Origin: Macrostomum lignano
Lineage: Eukaryota
Length of the DNA: 64,000 nt
Direction of reading: 5' to 3'
NCBI GenBank assembly: GCA_002269645.1
Contig: NIVC01000788.1
Location: forward strand, 1 to 64,000
Each line of letters begins with the position of its first letter. Within the stretch, counting starts at the first letter, position 1. Shown here piece by piece: positions 10,838 through 23,313 of the stretch. The notes under the pieces are model-generated. The model had not been told where the DNA came from. It searched no databases and saw only the letters and a list, made by a program, of their open reading frames with translations. The position numbers and the translations under genes were made by a program.

Positions 10838-13800
10838 TCAGCGCAACTCATCTGCGCAAACGATTCTCGCAAATTCGGCAAACGACACCCGACCGTCGCC
10901 ATCCGCATCGGCTCCGCGAATCATGTCTGCTACCAGCTGGTCGGTGACCTCGCCAGGCGGCAGCAGTCGGACAAGTGTCGAGCGCAGCTCCGCCGGCGCG
11001 ATGAAGCCGTCTCGGTCGGTGTCGAACATGCGAAAGGCGCGGGCCAGGTCTTTCTCAGTGGTTAGAGGCGGCGGCTTCGGCTGCTGCCGGGTAGACTGGC
11101 GCTTCTGTTGTCGGCTTCGGCTATCGTTGGCCGCCAGTCTCACAAACTCCCATCTGTCCACGTAGCCGTTCGAGTCCACATCGGCGGCGGCAAGTATGCG
11201 CTGCAGGAATGGAAGGGTATTGGGGTGAAAATTAAGGAATTTAGTCCCGTTTTCGTGTTAAAGCGAGTTTCAAAAGCAGCTTAAAAACGAATCATTTTTC
11301 TGAATATTTTTTCCGCCGTTTGTGAATCAAATTATCGAGAAGCGCCCGCGCTTCATAGTCACAATCCGCTGCATGCATGCGTACTGAAGACCGCTTAAAA
11401 ATGAGTGCTTATTGCACTTTCTGTCCTTGCTTCTTACCCACGTACTTTCTAGAATCAATTTACAGACGTCACCATAGACGCTGTTGCTGTTCTGTTTAGT
11501 CTGCAGGGCTGCATTTGTTGAATATTGTTTACTTAATATTGACTTAGTCTTCTGCAGATCAAAATTGAAGTTCAACCAGCAGTCATATTATTTGAAATTA
11601 AGATTCTGCATTCAACCAGTGATAATGAACAATACAACTGAAGTCGTACTGCCAGACCTGGAGAACATCTTCTTCGTCAACAATTACTTCTTTATCGTGC
11701 TAATCGTACTGTTGATGTTCGCCTTCAGAGTTGTTTACGCTTTTTACGGATTGCATAGAATTTTTCCAGAATCTGCGGCCTTCATCGCCCTGGGCGTCCT
11801 GGTCTCTTGGGTTATGAGAAGCTTCGGCGCGGAATACATGGCTTTAGTGTCCGGTCTAAGGCTCACACATTACCTGTTCTTTACAGTGCTGCTGCCACCG
11901 ATCATACTAGACGCAGCTTACAACCTGTTTCATCCTGTATTCCTCAACAATGTGCCTACTATTCTCACATTCGCTATTCTTGGCACACTATTCAACTTTC
12001 TGTTTATCGGGTCCATGCTGGCCTTGCTGCACAACGCCAACTTTATACCCTTTATTAAAGGATTTAAAACTGTGGATAGCTTCTTCTACAGGTGAGACTA
12101 TCTAATTTTTGTCCTGAATTAGCAGTATTAGTACATGTACATGTTGGTAATGATGCTCAATAATTTTCAATCTAGCTCGATAATCGTTGCCGTGGATCCG
12201 GTAGCGGTAATCCAAGCATTTGAAGAGCTTCAAGCGGATTATCACCTACACTTTCTGGTTAGCGGCGAGGCTATGCTTAACGACGCCATGACAGTTTCGC
12301 TATTCAAAGCCATGACCAATATACAGGGCGTGGACCCGAACAATATGTACATTGTGGGCGAAGTAATGGAAGCGGTTGGCAACACGATTCTATCTACTCT
12401 AGGCTCCTGCATCCTCGGCACCGCTCTAGCCCTATTCTGCGCCATCATTACCAAGCGAACTCAGATGACAGTCATCTGCGAGCCGACCATCATGCTCAGC
12501 TGCGGCTTACTTAGCTACCTGCTGGCCGAAGCTATCAATCTGTCGGGTATTCTCAGCCTGATCGTGTGTGGCGTCCTTCTGGCTGCGTACGCAAAGTGTA
12601 AGGAAATCTGTGCTTATTCTACTCGTAGTTATTTTACTCACCCAGCATTTGTGTCCTTTTACTCGTATTTTCGTACTGAGCTGATTTCAAATGGATTAGT
12701 TCTATTTTAAACTCGCTTGCAGGCAACATATCGGACAGCTCAAAGCGAATTTTTAGCCTTTTGCTGCATATGACTGCTTCTCTGAGCGAGATGCTCATTT
12801 TCCTATCGATGGGCGTTGAGCTGGTGATGCTTAGCAACAGCCAAGCTTGGGACGCCGGCCAGGGACTTAATATCTCGCTCATGATTTTTACTCCATTTCT
12901 ATGCCTGCTTGGGCGAGCCTTCACTACTATCACGCTCTCTCACGTGCTGAACTGGTTCCGGACCAAGAAGCTGCAGGGTGAGTGCCTTTATTTTTTTTTT
13001 AAAAGGTGATGAGGGATAAAAAATCAAATGACCTCAATCGCTATTTAAATTCTGCCCTGTTTCAGGCAAGGAACAAATCATAACAATCCATGCAGGCCTA
13101 CGCGGCGCCGTGGCCCTTTCCCTAACCATGACAAGCTTTCATAACGCTGAACGAGACATGGTTAACAATTTAAAGGTTAACACGCTAATCCTAGTCATGA
13201 TTATGAACGTAATCATGGGACCGTTGACTAAGTTTGTGGTAACCAAATGCAGCATCATGTTGGAACAGAGTCGGTACAGCGAGCAGTCAATGCTGACCGC
13301 GCTCACCGATGACTTCGCTGGCCAAGTGATGGGCTCGATGAACTTCTTGGCTGGTATCAGTCGGCTGCGTCTGTTGTGGCTCGAGTTTGAGCGCCTGATT
13401 CTGTCTCCAACGCTGCTATCGTATCCGCAGCTGCGCAATGAAGTGATCAACGCTTATCTGCGAGTGTCCTTCACCAAAGCCCTCGAGCTGGACAGTCAGC
13501 ACATATTTACTGCCAAGCATCAGGAGGTCAGCCGGAAGCAGCAGCACATGCAGGCGTCGCACTTTTTGGATCGTCCGCGGAAACGAAGTCGAGTAGTTTT
13601 TCAGCGGCACTCAAGTGGGGACAAGTTCTATTCCCAGCAGCAGCAACAACAGCAACAGTTTTCTGTCTTCGCATTAGATAATTAAGCAGCTCAACAGTGC
13701 AGTATTGACTGATTAGATGTGATTGATTCCGATTAATAGAACAACTTTATTTATCGTATAAGAAACACTTGAAAATCCCTATCCAATGTTTGACTATAGC

Positions 13801-16800
13801 TAATGAATTCATTACAATCAACAATTCGTTCAGATTTGACGCCAAAATAAACTGTATCGTGTCCTTTATTTGTGTCAAGAGTCAAGTTTCTTTATTTATT
13901 ATTATTATTATTACTATTACTATAAGAACGAATTAAGCAGCCGTAGTTTCAGTGCTGTAAATAGTTGATTACGGCAATACTCTAAGCCACAAACCCATTC
14001 TCGGAATTATGGTGCACATCAAACTGGGCCCACTGGCCCAGTTTAGGGATAGTGCAGGCAGGCCTGCGCAGTCTGCCCTGTTCTCTTTGCGACTGTGAGA
14101 AAACCAATCCTCTCACGAATCTGTTTTTCTTCCGAAAATATCGGCTTTGACCACCCCACTCCGAGACAAGTATAGAGTTTAGCGAAGTCCCGAGAGCTCC
14201 GATCGTGTAGCAAAACTAATTGATGCTGCTGAGTGCTGCCTCCTCATACTTGGAGCGGCCTCTGAATGCACAGTATTCACTCGCTAAGGAAGGATCTCCT
14301 AAGAGAGAACGAAGGGAAGAGTAAGTACAACGGATCTTTGGCTTTGATTGATTATTGAGTGATGGTTGAGGGCAGAGCGAGGCAAATTTTTTGACATTTT
14401 CTTCCATGCTATGTGAGCAACTAACGTTAGCCCTTCATCATTAACGAGTTGCCCATTATACTTTACTTTATATTCGTACACGCAATTTGAGCACCAATTG
14501 ATCATTTCTAGCTATGGTATTGTTCAACTTCCAATTAAATGCTTTATCCCTTTATGCTTTCATAGATTAAATATACAATACAAGGCAGGTAGGTGATGGC
14601 CTGATGGGTGGTGAATAATTTAATTGAGGAATTAATTAAGTCTACATTTCCTTTAAGGTATTATTTAAAGTTAAAATTAAACATAAGAATATTTTATAAA
14701 TCAGTAAGTTTCTTTCGAAAAACCGTCAAGCCTTAGTTACGCCACCGTATCAATGGGAGAAAAGTATTAAACGCAAGAGTTCAGCAGGTCCACCAGCAGG
14801 TGGGTAAAGCAAAGCCATAAGTAAGTATTGTTCTCAACTTTATTTGATTGAGCTGCTAGCTAATAGCTATCGTATGGTTCGTTCGATTAAAGCGAAGAGA
14901 ATTTTCCAGATCTTTTCACTTCAGTTGCAAATGCAAACGTGCAGCAGCAGTAATCTAGAGCTGGCGGCATAGAATGTGGAGTAAAACTAAAGCGATAACA
15001 TATCAGGCCGAATGACCCTTCAGCCCCGATCTTCAATTTCATGGGGTGTCGAAAGGGGCCTGGGGCCTGGGCCTTATGTTTGCCTTCTTTCCTGTCCCAA
15101 ACCCGGTCCCTCATTCTTTCTTAACCCACGCTATCTATATGGCGTTCAATTTTGGTGGAATTTCACTCCGGATTGGCTCCCCGGTGGGGGGTGGCGGCTG
15201 TATGTGAAAGAGCATGGATCTGAGTGTACACTAGTTTATGGTGTTGGGGTAGGGCTGGTTATGTACACAGGGTCTGAACCGGAGTGTCGCTTTATAATGT
15301 AGGGAAGCCAGGACTAAATTCAACAACCAACTATTTCTAGTCAGCCCAGCAGTGTGTGGCCCCCCGCCGTTTTGCCAAAGCGAAGACTAAAGCTTAATAG
15401 AATATCTCGGTGCCTTCCTTTCCTACAAGCCGGGTAAGTTTAAAGCTTAAACATGCTTAATCATGCATGCAGTTCACTTAGCATATGCGGTTACGGTTTA
15501 ATTTGCATGCGAGGGGTGTCACTTTAGCATAAAGTGCAAATTACGTCCACGAAAAAAGTTATTGTCGTAATAATAAATTAATAAAATTTTCAAGCCTAAA
15601 ACTAAAAGTATACATGTTTTAATTTAACGTTTAAGTTTTTCTTTCCTCTACGCTTCATATTTTAAAACTCTAGTTCTTCTCACGTGACCTCTATTTATAC
15701 GGGTTCAAATTAAGGTTAAACGTGCACAGGCTTCCAAGGTACGACTTGGAACTGCGTAAACAGGCTATTAAATTATTTGTGGCTTCGCAAAGACCACGCA
15801 GGCTCAATTAAGTTTCTATCTCGAATCGCCCTGATTGCAGTTAAATTAACACGCCATCATGACTCGCAAGATTCTAATCGCTGTTGACGGTAGCAAGCAC
15901 TGCGAACGCGCCCTAGAATGGTACGCCAGCAATATGCGCAACTCGGAGGATCAGCTGATCTTTGCCTATGTTGTTGAGCCGCCGCCGGTCACCATGGGAG
16001 CCGGTTTTGCCAGCGCCGTCTCCGCCGATCTCTATGCTAACAGCGTCAACGAGGCCATCCAGGCTGGGAAGCGGCTTGCCAGCCAAACCAAGGAGAAGTG
16101 CGAGACTCTGGGACTGCAGAATCACACCAGGTTAGTGTGATCTCTGCTACGAGTCTGTGAATTCCCGAAACATCTTAGCAATCGTCAAGTAGATTGTTAT
16201 AGAAATTATTTGCAGATTCTTAAATCTTAGAAACTCAAAACGCTAAATCTGATTCTTAATCTTAGAAATCTTTAAGACTGAGCATATTATAAATCCCGAA
16301 AACAGATTCTTTGAAATTCTCTAAACATTATTATAAATCCCCAAAGCAGATAAATCCCAAAAAGCAGATTCTTAGAAATCCCAAAAAGCAGATTCTTAGA
16401 AATTGCCAAAGCGATTACTATAAACCCCAAAAAGCAGATTCTTAGAAATCCCGAAAAGCAGATTCTTAGAAATCCCAAAAAGCAGATTCTTAGAAATTCC
16501 GAAAAGCAGATTCTTAGAAATCCCAAAAAGCAGATTATTAGAAATCCCAAAAGCAGATTCTTAGAAATCCCAAAAGCAGATTATTATAAACCCCCAAAAA
16601 ACAGATTCTTAGAAACCCCAAAAAGCAGATTCTTAGAAATCCCAAAAAGCAGATTCTTAGAAATCCCAAAAGCAGATTCTTAGAAATCCCAAAAGCAGAT
16701 TCTTAGAAATCCCAAAAAGCAGATTCTTAGAAATCCTAAAGCAGATTCATAGAAATCACCAAAGCAGATTATTATAAATCCCAAAAAGCAGATGCCTAGA

Positions 16801-19800
16801 AATCCTAAAGCAGACAGTCAAACTCGAACCACCCGCAGATTCCTTGAGCGCATGACCAGCGGCGCCGGCCCGGCCATTGTGGAGATTGCCAACGAGGAGG
16901 ACGTGTCTTTAATCGTTATGGGCAACCGCGGCATGGGCACCCTGCGCCGTACATTCCTGGGCAGCGTGTCCGACTACGTGCTGCACCACGCCCACAGGCC
17001 AACCATCATTGTGCCGCCGGCCAAACCTGCCGGTGCCAGCTAACTGTCATCCGTCATCATGCCGGGGATCTGACTGACTTAACCTTCTAGGCATTGGCTA
17101 AATAAAGAGTTTTAATATTTAAATGGATGCGTCACATTCGTTGGATATACTCTTATCCATCCTACTAATAGGAGCATAATAAGCGCATACAAGCTTCATA
17201 AGCGATGCTAGACTTCACTATTGGTTAGTCGGTTTTGTGTTATATATTCAGTAGTGTTATAATTGACACAGTCTATATAATCCATATACTAAATTAGTTT
17301 ATTAAAAAGCAAAGTTTTGGCTAAATTTTTGGTGCCCTCAATAAGCTGTGTCCCAGAGTTCCAGCAGGAGTTGTTTCATTGTTTTCGATTTTTTGCTCGC
17401 GGTTGTAGAGACAGTTTATTTCTAGCTTAAATAAACAATGTTAAACAGGGTTGGTACTATTTGTTCTTGTTTCTACGATAGCTAAAATGATTGAATCTTT
17501 GTCTTGTTGGTCTCTTGCTTTGTTTCTGTGCTTCAAGTGTATTAAGCTAAGTTGCAGGCACAGCAAGTGCAGAGTAACGCAATAGGCGGGAGTAACACCT
17601 GTGACAACAGGTGGTAGTGTTGTAGGGGGCTTAGTTCAAGCAGTTGTGCTAAGGCGTTTGGCGTTTGCCAGTGAATTCCTATTTGTCGAGAATTATTTTA
17701 GTAACCCGAAACCGAGAACAAGCAGTTTTGCTTTTACGCTACTAACAGTAGTTCACCCTCGGGGAAAATATTTGAAGCATAGGGAAATCGTTCTATTGTA
17801 GCTTTCTCCATTAGTAAAAGGCTGTTTAGCCCCTGGAAAAGAACCCTAGTTGGACAGTCCGCTAGGACAACATTTTAGAGACAGTCTCAAGATAAAACAT
17901 ATAGGGAATCTTCCCTTTTGTAAAAGCAAGGTATAAAATCCCAAGTGAACATAGGAAATTTAAGGGAAAGTACAGTTTAACATAGGGAGGCTAACGGAGT
18001 CTACCATTAGTCAAACGGAGTCTACCGAGAATAGGAATAATTATTAGATAACATAGGAAAGGCCAATGGAGTCACCATTAGTGCAATCTATAAGGACGGA
18101 GTCTACCCAACATATTAGAATAAGGAAATAGTGGATTCTCTCTTTGCATATTTGGCTCTTTCATAATATTATTTTTTCTTTTGTCTTAATACCTTACTGA
18201 AATTGACTTGTGTCTTACTTATTTTAAGTTAACATTAATTATAGGGGACACTAGTCTGGTGGCAGCAACCTATACCAATAAGAGTAAAATTAATACGCTC
18301 GTAATAAAGTAAAATAGAAAACAGAATAAACCAGTAGCTTAACCGCCAAGACCACGTACGATTCCAGTAGTATAACACCTGTGACACAACAGGTGGGAGC
18401 AACACCTGTGATAGGTGGAGTAACGCAAGCCTTAGGTACATGTACTTCCGTAGTAGTGTCTGTTGCAGTCTGTGTCTACACTATCAATGTCTGTTGATAG
18501 TGTACTATTTCTAATATACTACTGTATCATAGCACTCAATATTTACATGTACATGTATATACTACTTTACTTACTGTACATGCACACATACACGTAAGAC
18601 CACTAGAAGTTTCGGTTGTATCAGGCCGGACATCATATAAAATTAACACTGGTGTGTTATGTCTCCATTTTTATCATATTAATTAAGATTGCCCCCATTT
18701 GCATTTGATGAATGCACTGAATGCACTTCTATGCATAATAGAAGCCCTGAATGGAAGGTGAGATCCTCGTACAAACATTGTAATGCCATCTGCATTCCTT
18801 AGAACTCGATATCCTGGGATTAATGGTTTGACGCTCCAGATCGCGCCGCATCCCCAAGTGAACCATTTCTGTCGGCCTCAATTGGTTTTGAGGTTCAAAA
18901 AAATTGCAATATTTTTTGCATAACCATTAATGTGGTCTGCTAAATCAACAGTACTAGTATTTACTAGTTACGTGTAACTCGAGGCTCGTGTATCATAGAG
19001 GAGTCATGGATCTGTGCTTCACCACAGCCATGCATTCATTCAAACCGTTTGAGTAAACTATTTAGTTTGTCAGTGCCATCTCTACTCAAGCATTGCTGCA
19101 CGATGACTCATCCAACAATGGGATTCCTTCACGCATTCATTCATTGACACTTTAGTGCTAAAAAGATAACAAGTTCCTACGAATATCCCATTAATGCATT
19201 CTGGGCAAGATTATTGGGCCCTCAAATAAATTACTCATTAGAACGCCAGCAATACGTCCTGACGCAACGGTATATGCAACTTCTTGTGGTCCAATTGCAT
19301 TGGTAACTTGTGTGCATACAGTATCTTGCCTTTTACTGTAATTAAACCAGTTAGTTTGAAGTATTCATAAATTCGTTCTGCAATCTTGTAAAAACGCTGA
19401 TCGATGACCCATGCCCAGAAATGATAAAGATTAAGCAATAGGGAATATTTCGGTTACGAGCCTAATACCCAGCAGCTGATCGGGATAAATCTCCCTCGGT
19501 GCCAGCATAATCGATTTGACAGTCATGCACAAAATCTTGCTCTATTTGCATGTGTACTCGTAGGATTAAAGCTACAAGAAGCAAAGGCTTATTGTTGGAT
19601 GAAGTCTGCTAAGGAGTCCGTGAGCAATATCTCACTGGACACTTGTACTTTTTCCCGGAGTATTGGGCTCAGGGCGCTGTAAAAGGTTAGCAGTATACCG
19701 AGAGAAGAATCTGTCTGCAAAAATGTTTTTGACTGACTAGTTTTGCATAACTTGTTGCGATCGATATGCAATGCGCTGAATTCAATTCATAACTTTATAA

Positions 19801-20867
19801 TTTCACATTTATGAGCACTCTACTGATTGTAATAACAGCTGCAGTGACTTTTGCTACTTGTATATAAACAATACGACAGCAGATACAATTTTACAGCTAT
19901 ATGCATGCTGAGGACGCTAAGATCTATCAGGACTCTTTTTATCCAGGGATGCTGGCTATCTGGGGGATGCTTGCTATCGGGGGGATGCTTGCTATCGGGG
20001 GGATGCTTGCTATCGGGTGGATGCTTGCTATTTGTAGGGATGCTTGCATGCTGTCTAGGGATGCTTACTGTCTTGGAATGTTTTCTTTTTAGAGGGAATG
20101 TCTGTTGTTTTTTATGAAGACTTTATTTTGCTGTCTATTTGTTCTTGTAAAGAACAAATATTCTATCCAGATGTCCCCATCAGGGGGCGAAGATTGCTAG
20201 TATGCATGCTAAGGACGAATTAAGTTGGGCGGGATCGAAGCTTCGCTTCTTAGAAAATAATTATGGGCTGAGGTTGCGCGGAAAGCACATACTATACGGA
20301 GATAGAAATATCAATTATTTTTGGCGCAAAAATAATAGCGATAGTTTTTTATCACTTTGTCATTTTTGTAAAATTTCATTAGTAATAATTGCTTAAATAA
20401 TAAGCCATTGTAAAATTCAAATTAAAAACTTTAATTTGGTTTCATTTTTAATAAAGTCGTTTAATAAAGAACGAGCTAGCATGCAGCTATATAAAATTAT
20501 TAGGCTCAATTGTTTGCTTAACTGACCGGGAGATTTTGGCAGCTCTGCCTTAGTTGAAATATTAATTATTAAAGCATTGTCGATTAAGACAATTTAACAG
20601 ATACAATAGTCCAATACATATAGCTAAAAAGGTCCTGGACCTTGAGCTCACCTTCGACAGCTGTACCGAACTCACCTTGAGCTCCTTCTTAGTCAAGCGC
20701 TGTCCGTGTAAGCTGGCCAGCGCGATGCCGACCTCGCTGGCCACAATGCGGCCGTCTCTATCGGCGTCGAACAGATCGAACACGCGGTCCAGCTGCTGCT
20801 CAAGCGTGTCGCTGTCCGGCAGCTTGTCCCGGTGCGGCTGTCGGCTCCAGTTGTTTTCTATCGCCAT
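10838..20867 (-). CDS. Calmodulin-like four-EF-hand protein (184 aa), two exons
   Basis: Exon 20867-20676 (MAIENN...VFDLFDADRDGRIVASEV...LTKKELK, donor AAG|GTGAGT) splices in phase 0 to exon 11200-10838 (acceptor CCTGCAG|, RILAAADVDSNGYVDRWEF...FDTDRDGFIAPAEL...ADADGDGRVSFAEF). The helix-loop register across the junction is as expected for calmodulin. Confidence 0.85.
11625..13685 (+). CDS. Sodium/hydrogen exchanger (SLC9A/NHE-like, CPA1 family), 587 aa
   Basis: Exons 11625-12091, 12176-12597, 12723-12977, 13066-13685 (1764 nt, all GT-AG, in frame). Motifs FFTVLLPPIILDAAY, AVDPVAV, SGEAMLNDA, LSGILSLIVCG, EMLIFLSMG, GLRGAVALSL; C-terminal polyQ. Confidence 0.92.
15859..17043 (+). CDS. Universal stress protein A-like (USP domain), 158 aa
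   Basis: Exons 15859-16130 and 16839-17043 (phase 2). RKILIAVDGSKHCERALEWY and IVMGNRGMGTLRRTFLGSVSDYVLHHAHRPTIIVP are canonical USP motifs. Confidence 0.93.
16340..16815. repeat. 23-24-bp minisatellite in the USP intron
   Basis: Unit AAAGCAGATTCTTAGAAATCCCA(A), ~20 copies. Confidence 0.93.
19945..20045. repeat. Short 18-bp tandem repeat
   Basis: GGATGCTTGCTATCGGGG, ~5 copies. Confidence 0.8.
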
Positions 20868-22326
20868 GCAGGAGGAGAGCTGATCAGTTACGAGTATAGG
20901 CCAGGAACTGCTGCCGAGAGTGTACTGCAAATTTCCAAGCAACTGTTTCAAGCCGCTGGCTAACTTGACTTTTAGGCAGCGGGGCGTGGCTTGCCGAGTA
21001 GCGCATTGCACGGTGCGGTCTTAAATGAGAATCTAGGAGGAGTATATAATATAGAGTTTCCCTCTGTGCATTGGCTGAATCCCAATCGAATCCTGACCAA
21101 CTCCAGGAGTAACTGGCAACGTGTTTCTGGCTGTGGCAGCTAACACATTTTGAGGAGGGCGCAGCGCAGTGCAATTTTTGTGCTCATATTTCCAATGGGG
21201 CTGTGGCGGGCTGAGGCAGTAGTTTGTATAAGCATCACATTATCCAACATCGGCGCGCGTAATGTTCGGGTATGTATATGGCTGTGTTAGACACTGACAA
21301 ATTGAAAAATAATTGATATAATCAGGACTGAATAGTTCTTATTTTTGAATCTAAAGCTGTCTTTTAAATCAACAACAAATATACTCGTACTTATCGTTGA
21401 TAAGTAGCTGAGTACTATATATAACTAAAAAATTTACCTATCCGTACTCTAGCTATTTTTGTTTACTAAAATGTGTCAAGGGCTGGTTCGCTTTCTCATG
21501 AGCATCACACGACTACACGAAGTTGGTAGACTTTACTGGGGGCCGAAACCAACATGATTTAGGAGGTGGCTCGTACGTTATTCTCCGAATTTCTTATAGT
21601 TCAATTCGTATAGATTAGTGAAGACAAATACGAGTAGTTTACATCTCTGTGATTCTGAATTTTCTAACTATAGCACGCGGTAACAAACAGAAATACCCGA
21701 ATTTAAATTTTAATTAGCTTAATTTAAGTAGTACATGTATTACTCAAAAATGCTTTGTACCCAAACCCGTATACAATTTCTCTTGTTAGCCTTGGAAAGG
21801 TTCACAACTGCATGACTAACAAACCATCTATCTGAGTTTGGGCAGAAGCGGTTTCTTACTCAACTCAGTCCTCAGCGCTATCTTAACGCAACGTGCAATT
21901 CAACCATTTTGTCAACAGACCCCCTCCTCTCTCTCTTGCTCTCGATCCAAAAAGGTGTGTTCTCTGCGGTGCTTAATTCATACCTTCACCGTGCATTGTA
22001 TACGGCCTGCATAGTTTGCGTCAGCGCCAAATAGTCATTGGCCGGACAGCGAGTAGCAGGGGAGCTGACCGGAGTGAGGCAGAGAAAGGCAGTTTCGGAA
22101 TGGAGTTTACAATGCAAGCGCATCTACACGGTAACGTACGTAAGCGAGAGACCATATAGGCGTGCACGCTGTACAGCTCCGAAGTGCGAACAGTGGAGTT
22201 GAGACGTATACTCGGGTTGGAGATGGCACGAGGTGGGCTGAGTGTAATAAAAATGCCTCACAGCCCGCCTAATTCTGCGCTCTACATAGCGTTTGCTCGC
22301 GAGATACTTTCTACAGCACTGCAACA

Positions 22327-23313
22327 ATGAACCCGAGTTATCCTGCCCAGAATCCACCGCCTATCGGACTGGAGGGCATGCAATACGACCAGATTCCGCA
22401 GCCGGGGCCCGGGGGCTATGCTGGCTATCAGCAGCCGCAGAGTGGATATCCACAGCCTCAGCCGGGCCAGTGGCCTCAGCAACAGCCGCAGAGTGGATAT
22501 CCACAGCCTCAGCCGGGCCAGTGGCCTCAGCAGCAGCCGCAGAGCGGATATCCACAGCCTCAGCCGGGCCAGTGGCCTCAGCAGCAGCCGCAGAGTGGAT
22601 ATCCACAGCCTCAGCCGGGCCAGTGGCCTCAGCAGCAACCGCAGGCAGGCCAGTGGCCTCAGAGTCAACAGCAGCCAGGTCAGTGGCCTCAGGGTCAGCA
22701 GCAGCCGGGTCAGTGGCCTCAGGGTCAGCAGCAGCCTCAGCCGGGTCAATGGCCTCAGGGTCAGCAGCAGCCGGGCCAGCAGCAGCCGCAGCCTGGTCAG
22801 TGGCCTCAGGGTCAGCAGCAGCCGGGCCAGCAGCAGCCTCAGCCGGGTCAGTGGCCTCAGGGTCAGCAGCAGCCGGGCCAGCAGCAGCCGGGCCAGCAGC
22901 AGCCTCAGCCGGGTCAGTGGCCTCAGGGTCAGCAGCAGCCGGGCCAGCAGCAGCCTCAGCCGGGTCAGTGGCCTCAGGGTCAGCAGCAGCCGGGCCAGCA
23001 GCAGCCTCAGCCGGGTCAGTGGCCTCAGGGTCAGCAGCAGCCCCAGCAGCCGCAGCAAGGCCAATGGCCTCAGGGCCCCCAACAGCACCAGCAGCAGCCT
23101 CTTTCAGGTGGCCATGCTGGTCCGCAAGCTTTTGGTCAGCCGGGCTATGGGCAGCCGCAGCAGCCAATGGGAGGTTCGGTGCCTCTGGGACCAAACGAGC
23201 AGCGCCAGGTGACGGGACCGTACGACTTTCGATCTTGGGGCAACACAGCTTTCAACCAATCCGGTTACCGACTGACCAACTACAATCCAGGCTACCCGCT
23301 TATCAAAGCCTAG
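22327..23313 (+). CDS. Intronless Gln/Pro/Gly/Trp-repeat protein (328 aa), no recognised family
   Basis: ATG follows a TTTTCTACAG acceptor-like site. Unique N-terminus, repeats SGYPQPQPGQWPQQQPQ then QPGQWPQGQQ, unique C-terminus GPYDFRSWGNTAFNQSGYRLTNYNPGYPLIKA. Variation at third codon positions favours this frame. Confidence 0.8.
   Translation: MNPSYPAQNPPPIGLEGMQYDQIPQPGPGGYAGYQQPQSGYPQPQPGQWPQQQPQSGYPQPQPGQWPQQQPQSGYPQPQPGQWPQQQPQSGYPQPQPGQWPQQQPQAGQWPQSQQQPGQWPQGQQQPGQWPQGQQQPQPGQWPQGQQQPGQQQPQPGQWPQGQQQPGQQQPQPGQWPQGQQQPGQQQPGQQQPQPGQWPQGQQQPGQQQPQPGQWPQGQQQPGQQQPQPGQWPQGQQQPQQPQQGQWPQGPQQHQQQPLSGGHAGPQAFGQPGYGQPQQPMGGSVPLGPNEQRQVTGPYDFRSWGNTAFNQSGYRLTNYNPGYPLIKA

Noticed and set aside
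14020-14045. Perfect 10-bp hairpin AAACTGGGCC-CACT-GGCCCAGTTT
   Set aside because: Isolated; no associated ncRNA, ribozyme core or element end recognised.
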